Positions 17,727-27,061 of a DNA stretch of 32,116 nucleotides are shown one piece after another. Source of the DNA: a candidate division WOR-3 bacterium. GTDB taxonomy: Bacteria > Hydrothermota > Hydrothermia > LBFQ01 > DSFT01. The position numbers and the translations under genes are program-made. The stretch is taken from assembly GCA_039803045.1 (NCBI GenBank), contig JBDRXT010000002.1, forward strand, positions 1 through 32,116, given 5' to 3'. Within the stretch, counting starts at the first letter, position 1; the number at the start of each line of letters is the position of its first letter. A model generated the notes under the pieces. It did no database searches. It saw only the letters and a list, made by a program, of their open reading frames with translations, and had not been told where the DNA came from.

Positions 17727-18812
17727 ATGGCACAAAAGAAAGATTATTATGAAATTCTTGGAGTTAGTAGAAATGCTACACAAGAAGAAATTAAGGATGC
17801 TTATAGAAGATTAGTTTTAAAATATCATCCAGATAAAGTTCCCCCAGAGAAGAAAAAAGAAGCAGAAGAAAAATTCAAAGAAATATCTGAGGCATATGAA
17901 GTTTTATCAGATCCACAAAAGCGAAAGCTCTATGATACTTATGGAACAGCTGACTTTTCAGATTATACTAATTATAATTTCAATTTTGGAGATTTCTTTT
18001 CAAGGCATTATGAAGATTTAAAAGATGTTTTTGGAGATTTCTTTTCAGATATATTTGAAAGTTTCTTTGGATCTAAAACTACAGGACAGTATAGAGAGAA
18101 AGGCAAGAATATATTATATAAAATTGAATTAAGTTTAGAAGAAATATCAAAAGGGGTAAAAAAGGAGATTTCATATAATAGATATGTGAAATGCGAAAGA
18201 TGTAATGGAAAAGGTGGAAGAGAGGAAGTTTGTAGAACATGTAATGGAAAAGGTGTAGTAATTAGAACATCAAGAACATTTGGATTTCTATTTCAAACTC
18301 AAACAACTTGTCCAACTTGCAATGGAACAGGTTATGAAGTAATTGAAAAATGCTCATTTTGTGATGGAACAGGGGTGGTTAAGAAACAAGAAAAATTATT
18401 TATTGAAATTCCTGTTGGTGTAAGAAGTGGGCAAAGATTAATTTATAAAAAGATGGGTGATGCTGGAAAAAGAGGGGGAGATTATGGAGATTTATACATA
18501 GAAGTTATTGAAAAACCGCATAAGATATTTAAGAGAATTAATGATGACTTAATCATGGAATTACATATTAAATTATCACAAGCTGTTCTTGGTGACGAAA
18601 TTGAAATTTTAGATATTCTAGGTGAGAAAATCAAAATTAAAATTCCTGCAGGTACTCAATCAGGTGAAACGATTATAATTAAAAATAAAGGTATGCCTAA
18701 TAGTTATGGAAAGAGAGGAGATTTAAAAATTAAAATTTTTATTCAGATTCCAAAGAATTTAAACAATAAAGCAAAAAAACTATTTGAAGAGATTAAGAAA
18801 CTTGGATATTGA
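17727..18812 (+). CDS. dnaJ: Molecular chaperone DnaJ (type I)
   Basis: 361 aa. J-domain DYYEILGV...KYHPDK, G/F-like linker, four CxxCxGxG repeats ([32 protein letters not shown]), C-terminal substrate-binding domain. No dnaK or grpE adjacent. Confidence 0.95.
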   Translation: MAQKKDYYEILGVSRNATQEEIKDAYRRLVLKYHPDKVPPEKKKEAEEKFKEISEAYEVLSDPQKRKLYDTYGTADFSDYTNYNFNFGDFFSRHYEDLKDVFGDFFSDIFESFFGSKTTGQYREKGKNILYKIELSLEEISKGVKKEISYNRYVKCERCNGKGGREEVCRTCNGKGVVIRTSRTFGFLFQTQTTCPTCNGTGYEVIEKCSFCDGTGVVKKQEKLFIEIPVGVRSGQRLIYKKMGDAGKRGGDYGDLYIEVIEKPHKIFKRINDDLIMELHIKLSQAVLGDEIEILDILGEKIKIKIPAGTQSGETIIIKNKGMPNSYGKRGDLKIKIFIQIPKNLNNKAKKLFEEIKKLGY

Positions 18813-18914
18813 CAAAATGCAGAAGTTAGTCAAATTCAACTTTTAGATAAAATCAACGCAATTTTTCAATTTAAAACTTTCTCAAAATTAAAATTTTAAA
18901 TCTTAGAAATTTTT

Positions 18915-18942
18915 TTGAAAATTGCCAACTTATATTTATACT
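18915..18942 (+). promoter_or_regulatory. Candidate sigma-70-type promoter for nrdJ (TTGAAA-16 nt-TATACT)
   Basis: TTGAAA at 18915..18920 and TATACT at 18937..18942, 16 nt before the ATG at 18959. GGAG at 18953..18956. Sequence pattern only, in an AT-rich background. Confidence 0.3.
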
Positions 18943-18958
18943 ATAACATTTTGGAGCT

Positions 18959-21529
18959 ATGGAAAAGGAAATTTTAAACTATTTTCAAAATGATATTCTA
19001 AGAGCGGATGTTTTTATAAAAAAATATGCTCTAAAGGATGAGAGTGGTAGTCTTCTTGAAACGAAAATAGAACAGTTTTTCATAAGGATAGCAAAAGCTA
19101 TAGCTCAAGTAGAAAAAGATAGAGAATATTGGGAGGAAAAGTTTTATTATATTTTGGATGACTTCAAGTTTGTACCAGGTGGGAGAATTCTTTTTGGTGC
19201 AGGAAATTATACTATACCAAAAAATACTTTATTAAATTGCTTTGTAATTCCTATTAAGGAAGATACAATTGAGGGTATATATGATTGTGCAAAAGAAATG
19301 GCAAGAACATATAGTTGGGGTGGTGGAGTTGGAACTGATATTTCAATTTTAAGACCAATAAATTCACCAGTTTTAAACAGTGCAAGATTTTCAACAGGAT
19401 CAGTATCATTCATGCATTTATTTTCCCTAACAACAGGTTTAATTGGTCAAGAAGGTAGAAGAGGAGCTTTAATGATAACAATTGATATAAGCCATCCAGA
19501 TGTTGAAAGTTTTATATATTCAAAGTCAAAACCAGATTTCTTTACACTTGAGGTTGTTAAGCAGAATTCTTATAAATTTAGCGAGGAACAGATTAAAATG
19601 ATTGAGGATGTTTTAGTGAGGCAGCAAGTTAAATATGCTAATATTTCAATTAAAATTAAAGATGATTTTATGAAAGCTGTTGAAAATGATAGTTTATGGG
19701 AACTCTGGTATCCAGATATTTTGAGAAATCCAAATATTTCTGAAAGTGAAATAGAAGATATGATTAAAAATGGCTCTGTTATTACATTTGATAGAATTTT
19801 AAGTCCATACGATGTAAAACTTTACAAAGGTGAATATATTTTATTTGAGTCAAATAATGGTAGTGTTGTATATAAGAAAAGAAGATTTGAATTGAGAAAG
19901 AAGAGAATATATAAAGTTGTTAAGGCAAGAGAACTTTGGGATAAGATTGTTAAAAGTGTTTGGGAGAGTGCAGAACCTGGACTTATATTTTGGGATAATA
20001 TTATAAAAAATCATAATGCTCAATATTTCCAACCTGTTCTATCTACAAATCCATGTGCGGAAAAACCTCTTCCAGCTTATGGAAATTGTGATTTAGGTTC
20101 CTTGAACCTAACAAAATTTGTAAAAGGTGATAATTGGAATTATGAATTACTGAAAGAAGTTATACCAATTGCTGTAAGATTTTTAGATAATGTAATAGAT
20201 GTATCTAATTATCCATTAAAAGAACAAGAAAAAGCAAGTAAAGAAGCAAGAAGATTAGGATTGGGAATACTTGGACTTGCAGATGCTCTTGCAATGATGA
20301 AAATAAAATATGACTCAGATAAGGCACTTGAGAGGGTTGAAAGTTTAATGAAATTTATTAGAGATGAAAGTTATAGATCATCTATTGAACTTGCAAAGGA
20401 AAAGGGAGCTTTTGAAAAATTTGATTTTGAGGAGTGGTCTAAGAGTGAATTTGTAAAAAGATTACCAGAGGATATTAAAGAAAATGCTAAAAAATACGGT
20501 ATAAGAAATGTCGAAATATTATCTATAGCTCCAACAGGTTCAATTTCAATATTGGCAGGAAATGTTTCCTCTGGAATTGAACCAATATTTTCCTTAAAAT
20601 ATATGAGATATTCTCTTGGAAATTTCTATTATGTTTATCATCCACTTGTTAAGGAATATCTAAAGAAAAAAGATGAAGAAATAACTGAAGAAGATTTAAA
20701 GAATCTTCCTGATTACTTTATAACAGCTCATCAAATAGATTGGAAATATCGAGTCAAATTGCAAGGTTTAATCCAAAAGTACGTTGATAGTGCAATAAGT
20801 TCAACAATAAACCTTCCAAGAGAAATTGATGTTGAAACTGTTAAAGAACTTTACTTTATGGCTTGGAAAGAAGGATGTAAAGGAATTACAGTATATAGAG
20901 AAGGAAGCAGAGAAGGAGTTTTAATTACGCAAGAAAAGAAAGAAAAACAAAACATTTTAAAACCAATTAAGAAGGAAAGAGCATTTGCAGTAAGTGGGGT
21001 AACTTATAAGATTAAATATAAGGGAAGAAAATGGTATGTTACAGTTAACTCAGATGAAGAAGGAATGCCTATTGAAATATTTGCTCATAGTTCAGATATG
21101 GTTGGACTTGAATGGAGTACTGCTTTATCTATGATGATTTCAGCAGTATTAAGGAGACTTTCTAAGGATGATGATCCAAGATTTATTGTAGAGAGTTTAT
21201 TTAAAGTTAAGGAAATTCAAGGGCAAGGTTATATGTATAAAGGTTTTTATATACCATCTGAGCCAGCTGTTTTAGGACTTGCCTTAAGATTGTTTTTGGA
21301 TGGAATTAAGAACGGGGAGTTAGAAGCAAGAGGAGAAATTACAAAACCTACCTTAACATTTGTGGATGAGAAAGGAAATATTATTCCAAAATTAGGTTTT
21401 GAAATTCTTCAAAGAGCTGAAATTTGCCCTAACTGTTCAAATAGAACACTAATTAAGAATTCAGATGCAAAGGAATTTGCCGATTGTTCAGTTTATTGCT
21501 TAAATTGTGGATTTTCAAAATGTGACTAA
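18959..21529 (+). CDS. nrdJ: Adenosylcobalamin-dependent (class II) ribonucleoside-triphosphate/diphosphate reductase
   Basis: 856 aa. Active-site finger loop NPCAEKPLPAYGNCDLGSLNL, ISSTINLP, CKGITVYREGSR. A TSCPD-like segment, then Cys-rich C-terminal tail CPNCSN...CSVYCLNCGFSKCD. Confidence 0.9.
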   Translation: MEKEILNYFQNDILRADVFIKKYALKDESGSLLETKIEQFFIRIAKAIAQVEKDREYWEEKFYYILDDFKFVPGGRILFGAGNYTIPKNTLLNCFVIPIKEDTIEGIYDCAKEMARTYSWGGGVGTDISILRPINSPVLNSARFSTGSVSFMHLFSLTTGLIGQEGRRGALMITIDISHPDVESFIYSKSKPDFFTLEVVKQNSYKFSEEQIKMIEDVLVRQQVKYANISIKIKDDFMKAVENDSLWELWYPDILRNPNISESEIEDMIKNGSVITFDRILSPYDVKLYKGEYILFESNNGSVVYKKRRFELRKKRIYKVVKARELWDKIVKSVWESAEPGLIFWDNIIKNHNAQYFQPVLSTNPCAEKPLPAYGNCDLGSLNLTKFVKGDNWNYELLKEVIPIAVRFLDNVIDVSNYPLKEQEKASKEARRLGLGILGLADALAMMKIKYDSDKALERVESLMKFIRDESYRSSIELAKEKGAFEKFDFEEWSKSEFVKRLPEDIKENAKKYGIRNVEILSIAPTGSISILAGNVSSGIEPIFSLKYMRYSLGNFYYVYHPLVKEYLKKKDEEITEEDLKNLPDYFITAHQIDWKYRVKLQGLIQKYVDSAISSTINLPREIDVETVKELYFMAWKEGCKGITVYREGSREGVLITQEKKEKQNILKPIKKERAFAVSGVTYKIKYKGRKWYVTVNSDEEGMPIEIFAHSSDMVGLEWSTALSMMISAVLRRLSKDDDPRFIVESLFKVKEIQGQGYMYKGFYIPSEPAVLGLALRLFLDGIKNGELEARGEITKPTLTFVDEKGNIIPKLGFEILQRAEICPNCSNRTLIKNSDAKEFADCSVYCLNCGFSKCD

Positions 21530-21530
21530 C

Positions 21531-22298
21531 ATGAAAAATTTAATAATTTTTAAAGAAGACGGAATAGGTATTATAAAGTTAAACAGACCTAAGTTCTTAA
21601 ATGCCCTAAATAGAGAACTTATGAAAGAACTTAGTCAAGTTATTGAAAGCTTCGAAAATGAAAAAGATATAAAGATCATAATAATCACTGGAAATGAAAA
21701 AGCGTTTGCGGCGGGAGCTGATTTACAAGAATTTTATAATAAAACCCCAAATGAAATGTTTGAAAATTACAGATTTCTTGAATGGGAAAGGGTATATAAA
21801 TGTTATAAACCTATTATAGCAAGTGTTAGTGGATATGCTCTTGGGGGTGGATTTGAATTAGCTATGATGTGTGATATTATAATAGCATCAGATAGTGCTA
21901 TATTTGGACAACCTGAGATAAATGTAGGTTTAATGCCTGGGGCAGGTGGAACTCAAAGATTAACTAAATTAATTCAAAAACACAGAGCTATGGAATATAT
22001 ATTAAGTGGGAAGTATATTGATGCTTGGACAGCTTATAAATGGGGGATTGTTAACAAGATAGTTCCAACTGAAATATATTTGGAAATGACTATAAAATTT
22101 GCAAAGCAGTTTTTAAGCAAACCTCAAATATCTATGAATATAGCAAAAGACTCAATTAAGATGAGCTATGAAATGAACTTACAACAAGGTCTTGAGTATG
22201 AAAGGAGAATGTTTTATTATTTATTTTCAACAAGAGATGCAAATGAAGGGGTATCTGCTTTTATAGAAAAAAGAAAACCTCAATTTAAAGGAGAATGA
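21531..22298 (+). CDS. Enoyl-CoA hydratase/isomerase (crotonase) family protein
   Basis: GIGIIKLNRPKFLNALN, ITGNEKAFAAGADL, GGGFELAMMCDIIIA...FGQPEINVGLMPGAGGTQRL (both catalytic Glu contexts). The ORF track starts at ATG 21507, which overlaps nrdJ by 23 nt. I prefer the in-frame ATG at 21531 (MKNLIIFKEDG...), 1 nt after the nrdJ stop. The start is not resolved. Confidence 0.85.
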   Translation: MKNLIIFKEDGIGIIKLNRPKFLNALNRELMKELSQVIESFENEKDIKIIIITGNEKAFAAGADLQEFYNKTPNEMFENYRFLEWERVYKCYKPIIASVSGYALGGGFELAMMCDIIIASDSAIFGQPEINVGLMPGAGGTQRLTKLIQKHRAMEYILSGKYIDAWTAYKWGIVNKIVPTEIYLEMTIKFAKQFLSKPQISMNIAKDSIKMSYEMNLQQGLEYERRMFYYLFSTRDANEGVSAFIEKRKPQFKGE

Positions 22299-22741
22299 AA
22301 ATATTTGTAGAATTTGAAGGAAATTTTTTTGAAGTAGAAAAGCTTAATAATTTTGAAATATCCGAAATTTCAAACAATTTATACTTAGTTATACTAAACA
22401 ACAAACCCTACCTCTTTAGTTTAAAAGAACTTCAAAATGGAAAGTTCATACATGATGGATTAAATAGTTACTTCATAAGAATACATCATAATATAGGAGA
22501 AAAAGAATTTTATGAAGTTCATAAAAAAGTTGAGATTATTTCACCTATTCCTGGACTTGTGGTTGATATTTTAGTTTCTGAAAATCAAGAAGTTAAGAAA
22601 GATGAAATATTATTCATTATTGAAGCTATGAAGATGAGAAATCAAATTAGATCACCAGTAAATGGAATAGTAAAAAGCATAAAGGTTCAAAAGGGAAAAA
22701 GCGTTAATATGAAAGAAATTATCGCCATTATTGAAACATAG
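22295..22741 (+). CDS. Biotin-carboxyl-carrier-like protein (biotinyl/lipoyl domain)
   Basis: 148 aa. C-terminal domain IISPIPGLVVDILV...EILFIIEAMKMRNQIRSPVNGIVKSI carries the AMKM biotinylation motif. The N-terminal 70 or so aa are unassigned. AAAGGAG SD. ATGA overlap with the crotonase gene. Confidence 0.7.
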   Translation: MKIFVEFEGNFFEVEKLNNFEISEISNNLYLVILNNKPYLFSLKELQNGKFIHDGLNSYFIRIHHNIGEKEFYEVHKKVEIISPIPGLVVDILVSENQEVKKDEILFIIEAMKMRNQIRSPVNGIVKSIKVQKGKSVNMKEIIAIIET

Positions 22742-22756
22742 CTTTAAAATTTTTGT
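22741..22756 (+). promoter_or_regulatory. GCTTTAAAATTT box immediately upstream of accD
   Basis: TAGCTTTAAAATTTTT (22739..22754). TAAAAT ends 6 nt before the ATG at 22757. No SD. The identical 16-mer recurs at 27041..27056. Confidence 0.35.
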
Positions 22757-23587
22757 ATGTTTTTTCAAAAACGAGAAAGTAAAATTCCTGAAAGTTTAAA
22801 AAGAGAAACTCCAGACAATTTGTGGATCAAGTGTGAAAATTGTTCTGAAATTTTATACAAAAAACATTTAGATAAAAACTTTTGGGTTTGTCCAAATTGC
22901 AACTATCACTTTAGAATTAGTTCAGACCTTTATATGAACTATTTATTAGATAATGGGAATTTTATAGAGGAATATTTACATGATTTAGAAACAAAGGATT
23001 TTTTGGAGTTTCCGGGTTATATGAGCAAAGTAAAAGAACTAAGAGAAAAATTAGGCTTAAGGGAATCTTCAAGAATTGGATATGCGAAAATTGATGGTTT
23101 TGACGTAATTTTTTTTATAACAGATTTTAGATTTTTAGCTGGTTCAATGGGATCTGTTCTTGGTGAAAAGTTCTTTTATGGAGCTCAAAAAGCAATTGAA
23201 AAGAGAATTCCATATATTGTACTAACTTCTTCTGGTGGAGGTGCAAGAATGCACGAAGGTATCATATCTCTAATGCAAATGGCAAAAACAGTATTAGCTG
23301 TTTTAGAACTAAGGAAACATTCAATATTATACATTAACATCTTAACAGATCCTACTATGGGTGGAGTTATGGCTTCCTTTGCAGCTTTGGGTGATATTTT
23401 GATAGCTGAACCTGGTGCACTTATTGGATTTGCAGGTCCAAGAGTAATTGAACAAACTATAAAACAAAAGTTACCAGAAGGTTTTCAAAGAAGTGAATTT
23501 TTATTAGAAAAGGGCCAATTAGATTTAGTTGTCCCAAGAAGCTCTCTAAAGCAGACAATTTCAAAAATTTTAAGAATTCTCTCTTAA
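22757..23587 (+). CDS. accD: Acetyl-CoA carboxylase carboxyltransferase subunit beta
   Basis: 276 aa. N-terminal Zn ribbon CENCSEILYKKHLDKNFWVCPNCNYHFRIS, then FLAGSMGSVLGEKF, SGGARMHEG, GGVMASFA, IGFAGPRVIEQTI. Confidence 0.92.
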   Translation: MFFQKRESKIPESLKRETPDNLWIKCENCSEILYKKHLDKNFWVCPNCNYHFRISSDLYMNYLLDNGNFIEEYLHDLETKDFLEFPGYMSKVKELREKLGLRESSRIGYAKIDGFDVIFFITDFRFLAGSMGSVLGEKFFYGAQKAIEKRIPYIVLTSSGGGARMHEGIISLMQMAKTVLAVLELRKHSILYINILTDPTMGGVMASFAALGDILIAEPGALIGFAGPRVIEQTIKQKLPEGFQRSEFLLEKGQLDLVVPRSSLKQTISKILRILS

Positions 23588-24415
23588 AGCATTTTCAGAT
23601 GATAAAATTCCCATAAATGTTCCAAATAAAATAATCGTAATTAGAAATAAGCTTGGAAATGAAAATAACTTGAAACCAAGGTTTTTGAGAAGATATATAG
23701 ACAAATTTAAAAATATAAAAGTTAGCATTGAAGGAATAAATCCATAAAGTATACCCATTATTCTAAAAGGGGCGTATATCCTAAAATATTCAATTCCAGA
23801 AAGTTTTAGGATTTCCATAGCAAGTTTGTGGTCATTTATAGCAATTTTAATAGCATAACTTGATATAAAAATGAATGTTAAAAAAATCAAAATAAGTAAG
23901 AATATGCTAACAATTATAAAGATATTTGAAAGTTTTTCAAGAGCAAAAATCCAATTTTTTCCGTAATAAACATCTTCAACGCCATCTAACATTTTAATTT
24001 TATTTGAAAGCTCTTCAAGGAATTTCCCTTTTGTCCAGTGCAATTTTGGTTTTATAATGTAAGAGCTTGGCAATTGGCTTATATCTAAATCAGAAAAAAT
24101 ATCTCTATAATCCTTATAATTATTTATTAGTTCTTCGTATGCTTGTTTGCTTGACTTATATTTAATACTTTCAATGGATTCCAATGAACTTAAAACTGTA
24201 AGAATTTTTATACTATCCACAGGACTTAAATTAGGCTTTAAAAATGCCTGAATTTCAACATCTTTTTTTACTGTTTGGAGATATTTGAATATTTGGTACG
24301 TTATAAGGGTAGTAGTTCCAAGAATTGAAAATAACAGGAAATTTGATATAATTACGAAAAGTGTAACATTCTTCCGTGTAGAAAAAAATCTAAATGCTTC
24401 AAATATTAGGAACAT
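23570..24415 (-). CDS. ftsX: FtsX-like permease (cell-division FtsX family)
   Basis: 281 aa. N-terminal TM, then an extracytoplasmic alpha/beta domain ([16 protein letters not shown]...[16 protein letters not shown]), then three C-terminal TM segments, which is the typical FtsX topology. No ftsE adjacent. The 3' end overlaps the accD 3' end by 18 nt. Confidence 0.6.
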   Translation of the reverse strand: MFLIFEAFRFFSTRKNVTLFVIISNFLLFSILGTTTLITYQIFKYLQTVKKDVEIQAFLKPNLSPVDSIKILTVLSSLESIESIKYKSSKQAYEELINNYKDYRDIFSDLDISQLPSSYIIKPKLHWTKGKFLEELSNKIKMLDGVEDVYYGKNWIFALEKLSNIFIIVSIFLLILIFLTFIFISSYAIKIAINDHKLAMEILKLSGIEYFRIYAPFRIMGILYGFIPSMLTFIFLNLSIYLLKNLGFKLFSFPSLFLITIILFGTFMGILSSENALRENS

Positions 24416-24881
24416 TTTTGTTCATCTCTTCAACTTGCTTTCTTAATTTTTCACAATAATTTTTTAATTTTTCCTCAAGTTCTTTGTACTTAATAGATAA
24501 GATTCTAATTGCTAAAATACCAGCATTATAAGAATTTCCAATAGCAACAGTAGCAACAGGAATACCTCTTGGCATTTGAACAATAGAATATAAGGAATCT
24601 ATACCATTTAAATACTTTGATGGAATAGGAACACCAATAACAGGCAAATCTGTAAGACTAGCTGTCATACCTGGTAAATGAGCAGAACCTCCAGCTCCAG
24701 CTATAATAACTTCTATTCCTCTTTCTCTTGCAGTTTTTGCATATTCGTACATTCTTTCTGGTGTTCTATGTGCTGAAACAATTTCTAATTCATAACTAAC
24801 GTTAAATTCCTTAAGTACTTCTATTGCATCTTTCATGTATTCAAAATCTGATATACTTCCCATTATAACTCCAACTTTCAT
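24399..24881 (-). CDS. purE: 5-(carboxyamino)imidazole ribonucleotide mutase
   Basis: 160 aa: [18 protein letters not shown]..., [33 protein letters not shown]. Confidence 0.93.
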   Translation of the reverse strand: MKVGVIMGSISDFEYMKDAIEVLKEFNVSYELEIVSAHRTPERMYEYAKTARERGIEVIIAGAGGSAHLPGMTASLTDLPVIGVPIPSKYLNGIDSLYSIVQMPRGIPVATVAIGNSYNAGILAIRILSIKYKELEEKLKNYCEKLRKQVEEMNKNVPNI

Positions 24882-24940
24882 ATAAGTGGTAAATTATTTG
24901 ATAATTTTAAAGTTTAGCTTTTCCTTTAAAATTTGTTTCA
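24882..24940. promoter_or_regulatory. Divergent purE/priA intergenic region with a CTTTAAAAT box on each strand
   Basis: Plus: CCTTTAAAATTT (24923..24934), TAAAAT ends 8 nt before the priA GTG at 24941. Minus: ACTTTAAAATTA (box 24904..24911), TAAAAT ends 22 nt before the purE ATG at 24881. Confidence 0.35.
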
Positions 24941-27043
24941 GTGATTTCAAAAGTTTGTGTATTTGGTATAGAGAGATTACTTCATTTTAAAAATTTTATT
25001 CATGCCCAAGTTGGAGATCTAGTAAGTGTAAGAGTCAAGAATAAGTTAGCAAGGGGGGTTGTTATTGAGAATATTGAAAGTTATGATGAAAATTTAAATG
25101 AGATAATAAGTAGGGAGGATTATTCTATTGGACAGAAAGCTATTGAACTTGCAAAATGGATAAGTGATTATTATGAGTGTGAGCTATCTCATTCACTAAA
25201 ACTTTTCTTTCCTCCTAACAGCTTATCTATAGAAAGGGATTATGTTAAACTTTCAAAAAGAGGATTTTTAAATTATACAGGACAATTATCTGAACTTGAA
25301 AAGAGAATAATAGAAATCTTGAGAGATAAAAATTACGTGAAATTAAGCAAATTTAAACCAAAGCAAATGATTATTATCCAAAAACTCATAGAAAAAGGAA
25401 TTTTGATAAAGAAAAAGAAAATAAAAAAAATAACTTCGACTGAAATCCAAAACATTATAAGTTCATCATATAAAATAAAACTTCCTCAAAAACCCAACAT
25501 AGAACAAGCTATTGCTTTATCTAAAATTTCAAATGGTAAAAAATATTTATTGTTTGGTCCAACTGGAAGTGGCAAAACAAGCATATTTATATGGCTAACC
25601 CAAATGGCATTAAAAGAAAATAAAGATGTTATAATTTTAGTGCCTGAAATATCACTTTCTCCACATATTGCAAGAATTTTCTATGAAAAATTTAAGGATT
25701 TAGTAGCTATATATCATAGTTCGTTTACTCAGTCTCAAAGAACTTACTTATGGAATGAAGTAAAGAAGGGAAATAAAAAAATCGTAATAGGTCCAAGATC
25801 TGCTTTATTTTTACCAGTTCAAAATTTAGGACTAATTATTGTGGATGAAGAACATGAGAGCTCTTATAAACAAGAAGAAAAAAAACCATATTATAATGCA
25901 AGGGATGTAGCAGTTGTAATGTCAAATTTATATAATGCTACATTAATATTATCTTCAGCTACTCCATCACTTGAAAGCTATTATAATGCTCTCAAAAAAA
26001 AGTATGAATTAATCAAATTAAGTAGTAGAGTAAAAGGGTATACTTATCCATCTGTTGAAATTGTTGATTTAAAGAAGAATAATAATTTCGTGTTTTTGCC
26101 AAATATTTTAAGTGAAATAAAGACAACTTTAGAAAATAAAAGTAGCGTTATTGTTTTTTTAAATAGAAGGGGGTATTCTCCTGTTTTATTATGTAAAGAT
26201 TGTGGTTATATATTTAAGTGTTTTGATTGCTCGATAAGTCTTGTTTTTCATAAATCTTTGAAGACCAATTATTTAGAATGTCATATTTGTGGTAGGAAAT
26301 ACGGAGTTTTTGAAAAGTGTTTAAATTGCGGATCTTATAATTTAAAAGTAGTTGGTTTTGGGACGCAGAGAATTGAAGAAGAACTAAAACGAATATTTAA
26401 CAATAACGAGATTATTAGAATTGACAGAGATACAATAAGAAATAGAAAGCAGTTAGATTTGTTAAATGAAAAAATTTATACTCATTATCCTAAAATTATT
26501 GTAGGAACACAAGTTATAGCAAAAGGACTTGATTTAAAAGATGTTAGGCTTGCTATTGTTCCGAACGCTGATATAGGTATAGCAGTTGCAGATTTTAGAA
26601 ATTATGAAAGAAATGTTCAACTTTTAATACAATTTATTGGAAGAATAAGAACTGGTGGTAAAGTTTATATTCAAACTTATGAACCAGAAAATAAGATATT
26701 CGATTTTGTAAAAAATATTGATTATGAAGGTTTTTTAAGTTATGAACTTGAAAAGAGAAAAGAATTAAAATTTCCTCCATTTTATAGATTAGCTCTAATA
26801 GAATCAAAGTCCAAGATTGAAAGTTTAGCTCAAGAAAAAATATTTAAGGTTTATGAACTTATAAAAAATGAAGATATTGAGATACTTGGACCTGCACCAG
26901 CTCCAATTGAAAAAGTTAAGGGCTTTTATAGATGGCGCATAATTCTAAGAGATAAACATTATAAGAAAATTAAATCAGTAATCCAAAAAATTAAGCATAT
27001 TAACAATTTAAAAATAGTTGTAGATCCATATGATTTAAATTAG
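24941..27043 (+). CDS. priA: Primosomal protein N' (replication restart helicase PriA)
   Basis: 700 aa. Walker A LLFGPTGSGKT, DEEH box, Cys-rich region CKDCGYIFKCFDCSISLVFHK...CHICGRKY...CLNCGS, helicase C-domain GTQVIAKGLD. Apparent GTG start. Confidence 0.92.
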   Translation: MISKVCVFGIERLLHFKNFIHAQVGDLVSVRVKNKLARGVVIENIESYDENLNEIISREDYSIGQKAIELAKWISDYYECELSHSLKLFFPPNSLSIERDYVKLSKRGFLNYTGQLSELEKRIIEILRDKNYVKLSKFKPKQMIIIQKLIEKGILIKKKKIKKITSTEIQNIISSSYKIKLPQKPNIEQAIALSKISNGKKYLLFGPTGSGKTSIFIWLTQMALKENKDVIILVPEISLSPHIARIFYEKFKDLVAIYHSSFTQSQRTYLWNEVKKGNKKIVIGPRSALFLPVQNLGLIIVDEEHESSYKQEEKKPYYNARDVAVVMSNLYNATLILSSATPSLESYYNALKKKYELIKLSSRVKGYTYPSVEIVDLKKNNNFVFLPNILSEIKTTLENKSSVIVFLNRRGYSPVLLCKDCGYIFKCFDCSISLVFHKSLKTNYLECHICGRKYGVFEKCLNCGSYNLKVVGFGTQRIEEELKRIFNNNEIIRIDRDTIRNRKQLDLLNEKIYTHYPKIIVGTQVIAKGLDLKDVRLAIVPNADIGIAVADFRNYERNVQLLIQFIGRIRTGGKVYIQTYEPENKIFDFVKNIDYEGFLSYELEKRKELKFPPFYRLALIESKSKIESLAQEKIFKVYELIKNEDIEILGPAPAPIEKVKGFYRWRIILRDKHYKKIKSVIQKIKHINNLKIVVDPYDLN

Positions 27044-27061
27044 CTTTAAAATTTTTTTGAA
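27043..27061 (+). promoter_or_regulatory. GCTTTAAAATTT box upstream of the zinc-ribbon membrane protein gene
   Basis: TAGCTTTAAAATTTTT directly follows the priA stop. TAAAAT ends 9 nt before the GTG at 27062. No SD. Confidence 0.3.

Noticed and set aside
18813-18958. Cobalamin riboswitch, NrdR boxes, an intrinsic terminator for dnaJ, or a tRNA/sRNA in the largest intergenic region.
   Set aside because: The region is too short and AT-rich for a B12 element, and no GCCACTG-type B12 box is present. There is no paired 16-bp NrdR palindrome. The only stems (AAGTT/AACTT at 18823..18842, TTGAC/GTCAA at 18809..18833) are 5 bp and AT-rich. No cloverleaf-compatible sequence.
19207-20032. ORFs 19207..19413 (-) and 19850..20032 (-) inside nrdJ, and the possibility of an intein in NrdJ.
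   Set aside because: The antisense ORFs are shadow ORFs. NrdJ is of ordinary length (856 aa). I see no intein splice-junction blocks or homing-endonuclease motifs interrupting the conserved segments.
21507-21530. The upstream ATG at 21507 as the crotonase start (the ORF-track call).
   Set aside because: It would overlap the nrdJ C-terminal Cys-rich tail by 23 nt and add 8 non-conserved residues. The in-frame ATG at 21531 gives a typical crotonase N-terminus. It is not excluded, only less likely.
25429-25436. A8 homopolymer tracts in priA (25429..25436) and in the 83-aa ORF (about 30856..30863) as possible slippage or phase-variation sites.
   Set aside because: Both reading frames continue normally through the tracts. 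Such runs are expected in Lys-rich, AT-rich coding sequence, and there is no alternative-frame ORF continuation.
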